From Mobula hypostoma (Eukaryota), in assembly GCF_963921235.1 (NCBI RefSeq), contig NC_086108.1, positions 108,006,001 through 108,070,000 on the forward strand: a stretch of DNA of 64,000 bases. The letters run 5' to 3'. Of this stretch, positions 62,515 to 64,000 are shown in pieces. The notes under the pieces are model-generated. The model had not been told where the DNA came from. It searched no databases and saw only the letters and a program-made list of their open reading frames with translations. Numbering within the stretch: the first letter of the stretch is position 1; the number at the start of each line of letters is the position of its first letter. Position numbers and translations under genes: made by a program.

Positions 62515-63225
62515 AGCTTCATATTCCCTCCCTACCCATTAACCTTCCCCCTCACCTGGTCTCATCTATCACCTGCCAGCTTCTCACTTCATCCCCCCTC
62601 CCTACCTATTCATCTTCCCCCTCACCTGGTCTGACCTATCAGCTGCCAGCTTCTCACTTCATCTCCTCCCTCCCTACCCATTCACCTTCCCCCTCACCTG
62701 GTCTGACCTATCAGCTGCCAGCTTCTCACTTCATCTCCTCCCTCCCCTACCCATTCACCTTCCCCCTCACCTGGTCTCACCTATCAGCTGCCGGCTTCTC
62801 ACTACTTCCCCCCTCCCTACCCATTCACCTTCCCCCTCACCTGGTCTCACCTATCAGCTGCCAGCTTCTCACTTCATCTCCTCCCTCCCCTACCCATTCA
62901 CCTTCCCCCTCACCTGGTCTCACCTATCAGCTGCCAGCTTCTCACTACTTCCCCCCTCCCTACCCATTCACCTTCCCCCTCACCTGGTCTCACCTATCAG
63001 CTGCCAGCTTCTCACTACATCCCCCCTCCCTACCCATTCACCTTCCCCCTCACCTGGTCTCACCTATCAGCTGCCAGCTTCTCACTTCATCTCCTCCCTC
63101 CCCTACCCATTCACCTTCTCCCTCACCTGGTCTTGCCTATCACCTGCCAGCTTCTCACTTCATCTCCTCCCTCCCTACCCATTCACCTTCCCCCTCACCT
63201 GGTCTCAGCTATCACTTGCCAGCTT
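62515..63225. repeat. 70-73 bp minisatellite, about 10 copies, derived from the Penelope-like 3'UTR
   Basis: Unit ccctacccattcaccttccccctcacctggtctcacctatcagctgccagcttctcact...; the flanks continue as PLE UTR to ccagtcttgatga at about 63280. Confidence 0.92.
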
Positions 63226-64000
63226 GTACCTCTCCACCCCACGCCCCACCTTCTTACTCAGGCTTTTCCCCCTTCCTTTCCAGTCTTGATGAGCGGTCTT
63301 GGCAGTAAACGATCTAGTTTCTTTGGGATTCAGGAATTTGTGGCTAGTTTATGTGGATTTCCTCTGTTCCTCTCCTCAATTCATTATGAAGACCATAGAC
63401 AAGAATCCAACATAGTTCTAAGCAAATTTATTATCAAAGTACATATATGTCACCATATACAACCCTGAGATTATTTTTCTTGTGGGCACTTATAGTAAAT
63501 ACAAGGTGTACAACAGAATCAATGAAGGACCATCCTATAATTTATATTTGATGTGTTTTTTTTATTGCTGTGTTCTTTATTGTGTTGTGTCTTTTGTGCT
63601 GCATCAGATCTTGAGTAACAATTATTTTGTTCTCCTTTACACTTGTGTATTGGAAATCCCAGGATGAGCAAACAACCAATAAGCAAAAGATGTACAAAAA
63701 AATGTACAAATAGAAAATGAGAAAAAAATAACAATATGAATAAATAAACAATAAATATCGAGAAAATGAGTTGTAGAGTCCTTGAATTAAACCTACAACA
63801 AAATCTCTTTTGGCAGCGAGCGAGTATTTGCTAAGTCAGGAATGAACTTGTCCAAAAATAAAACATCGAATCTTACAGCACCATACAGACCCTTCGGCCC
63901 ACAATGCTGTGCTAACCGATAACCTACTCCAAGCTCAATCTGACCCCTCCCTCTGGAAACTGAACCAAGATTGCTGGTGCAGGAAAGCGTAATGCTAACT

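Overview
This is eukaryotic, vertebrate non-coding DNA densely filled with decayed transposable elements. The repeat repertoire (CR1, Rex/Babar-type, Penelope-like, RTE/BovB-like and R4/Dong retroelements, tRNA-derived SINEs, hAT and Tc1/mariner MITEs) suggests a cartilaginous fish, probably a ray; that assignment is inference. Nearly all ORFs in the supplied track are TE remnants or noise. One credible host-gene exon is missing from the track: a + strand exon at 51251-51436 (110 nt 5'UTR with a uORF, plus 76 nt coding) encoding the signal peptide MSSSVWKLWVLWWFIVLGGWIPFTK-(G). It resembles the first coding exon of latrophilin-2 (ADGRL2), so the window is probably 5'UTR-intron and first coding-intron sequence of that gene. 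Other notable structures are: several minimal hammerhead-ribozyme motifs carried by Penelope-like elements; an isolated pre-miRNA-like hairpin at 29182-29246; a 226-bp inverted duplication of a three-TE junction that brackets that hairpin; a CR1 fold-back; and two minisatellites born inside TEs. TE boundaries are approximate unless TIRs or TSDs are quoted. No prokaryotic-type system (CRISPR, operon) is present.
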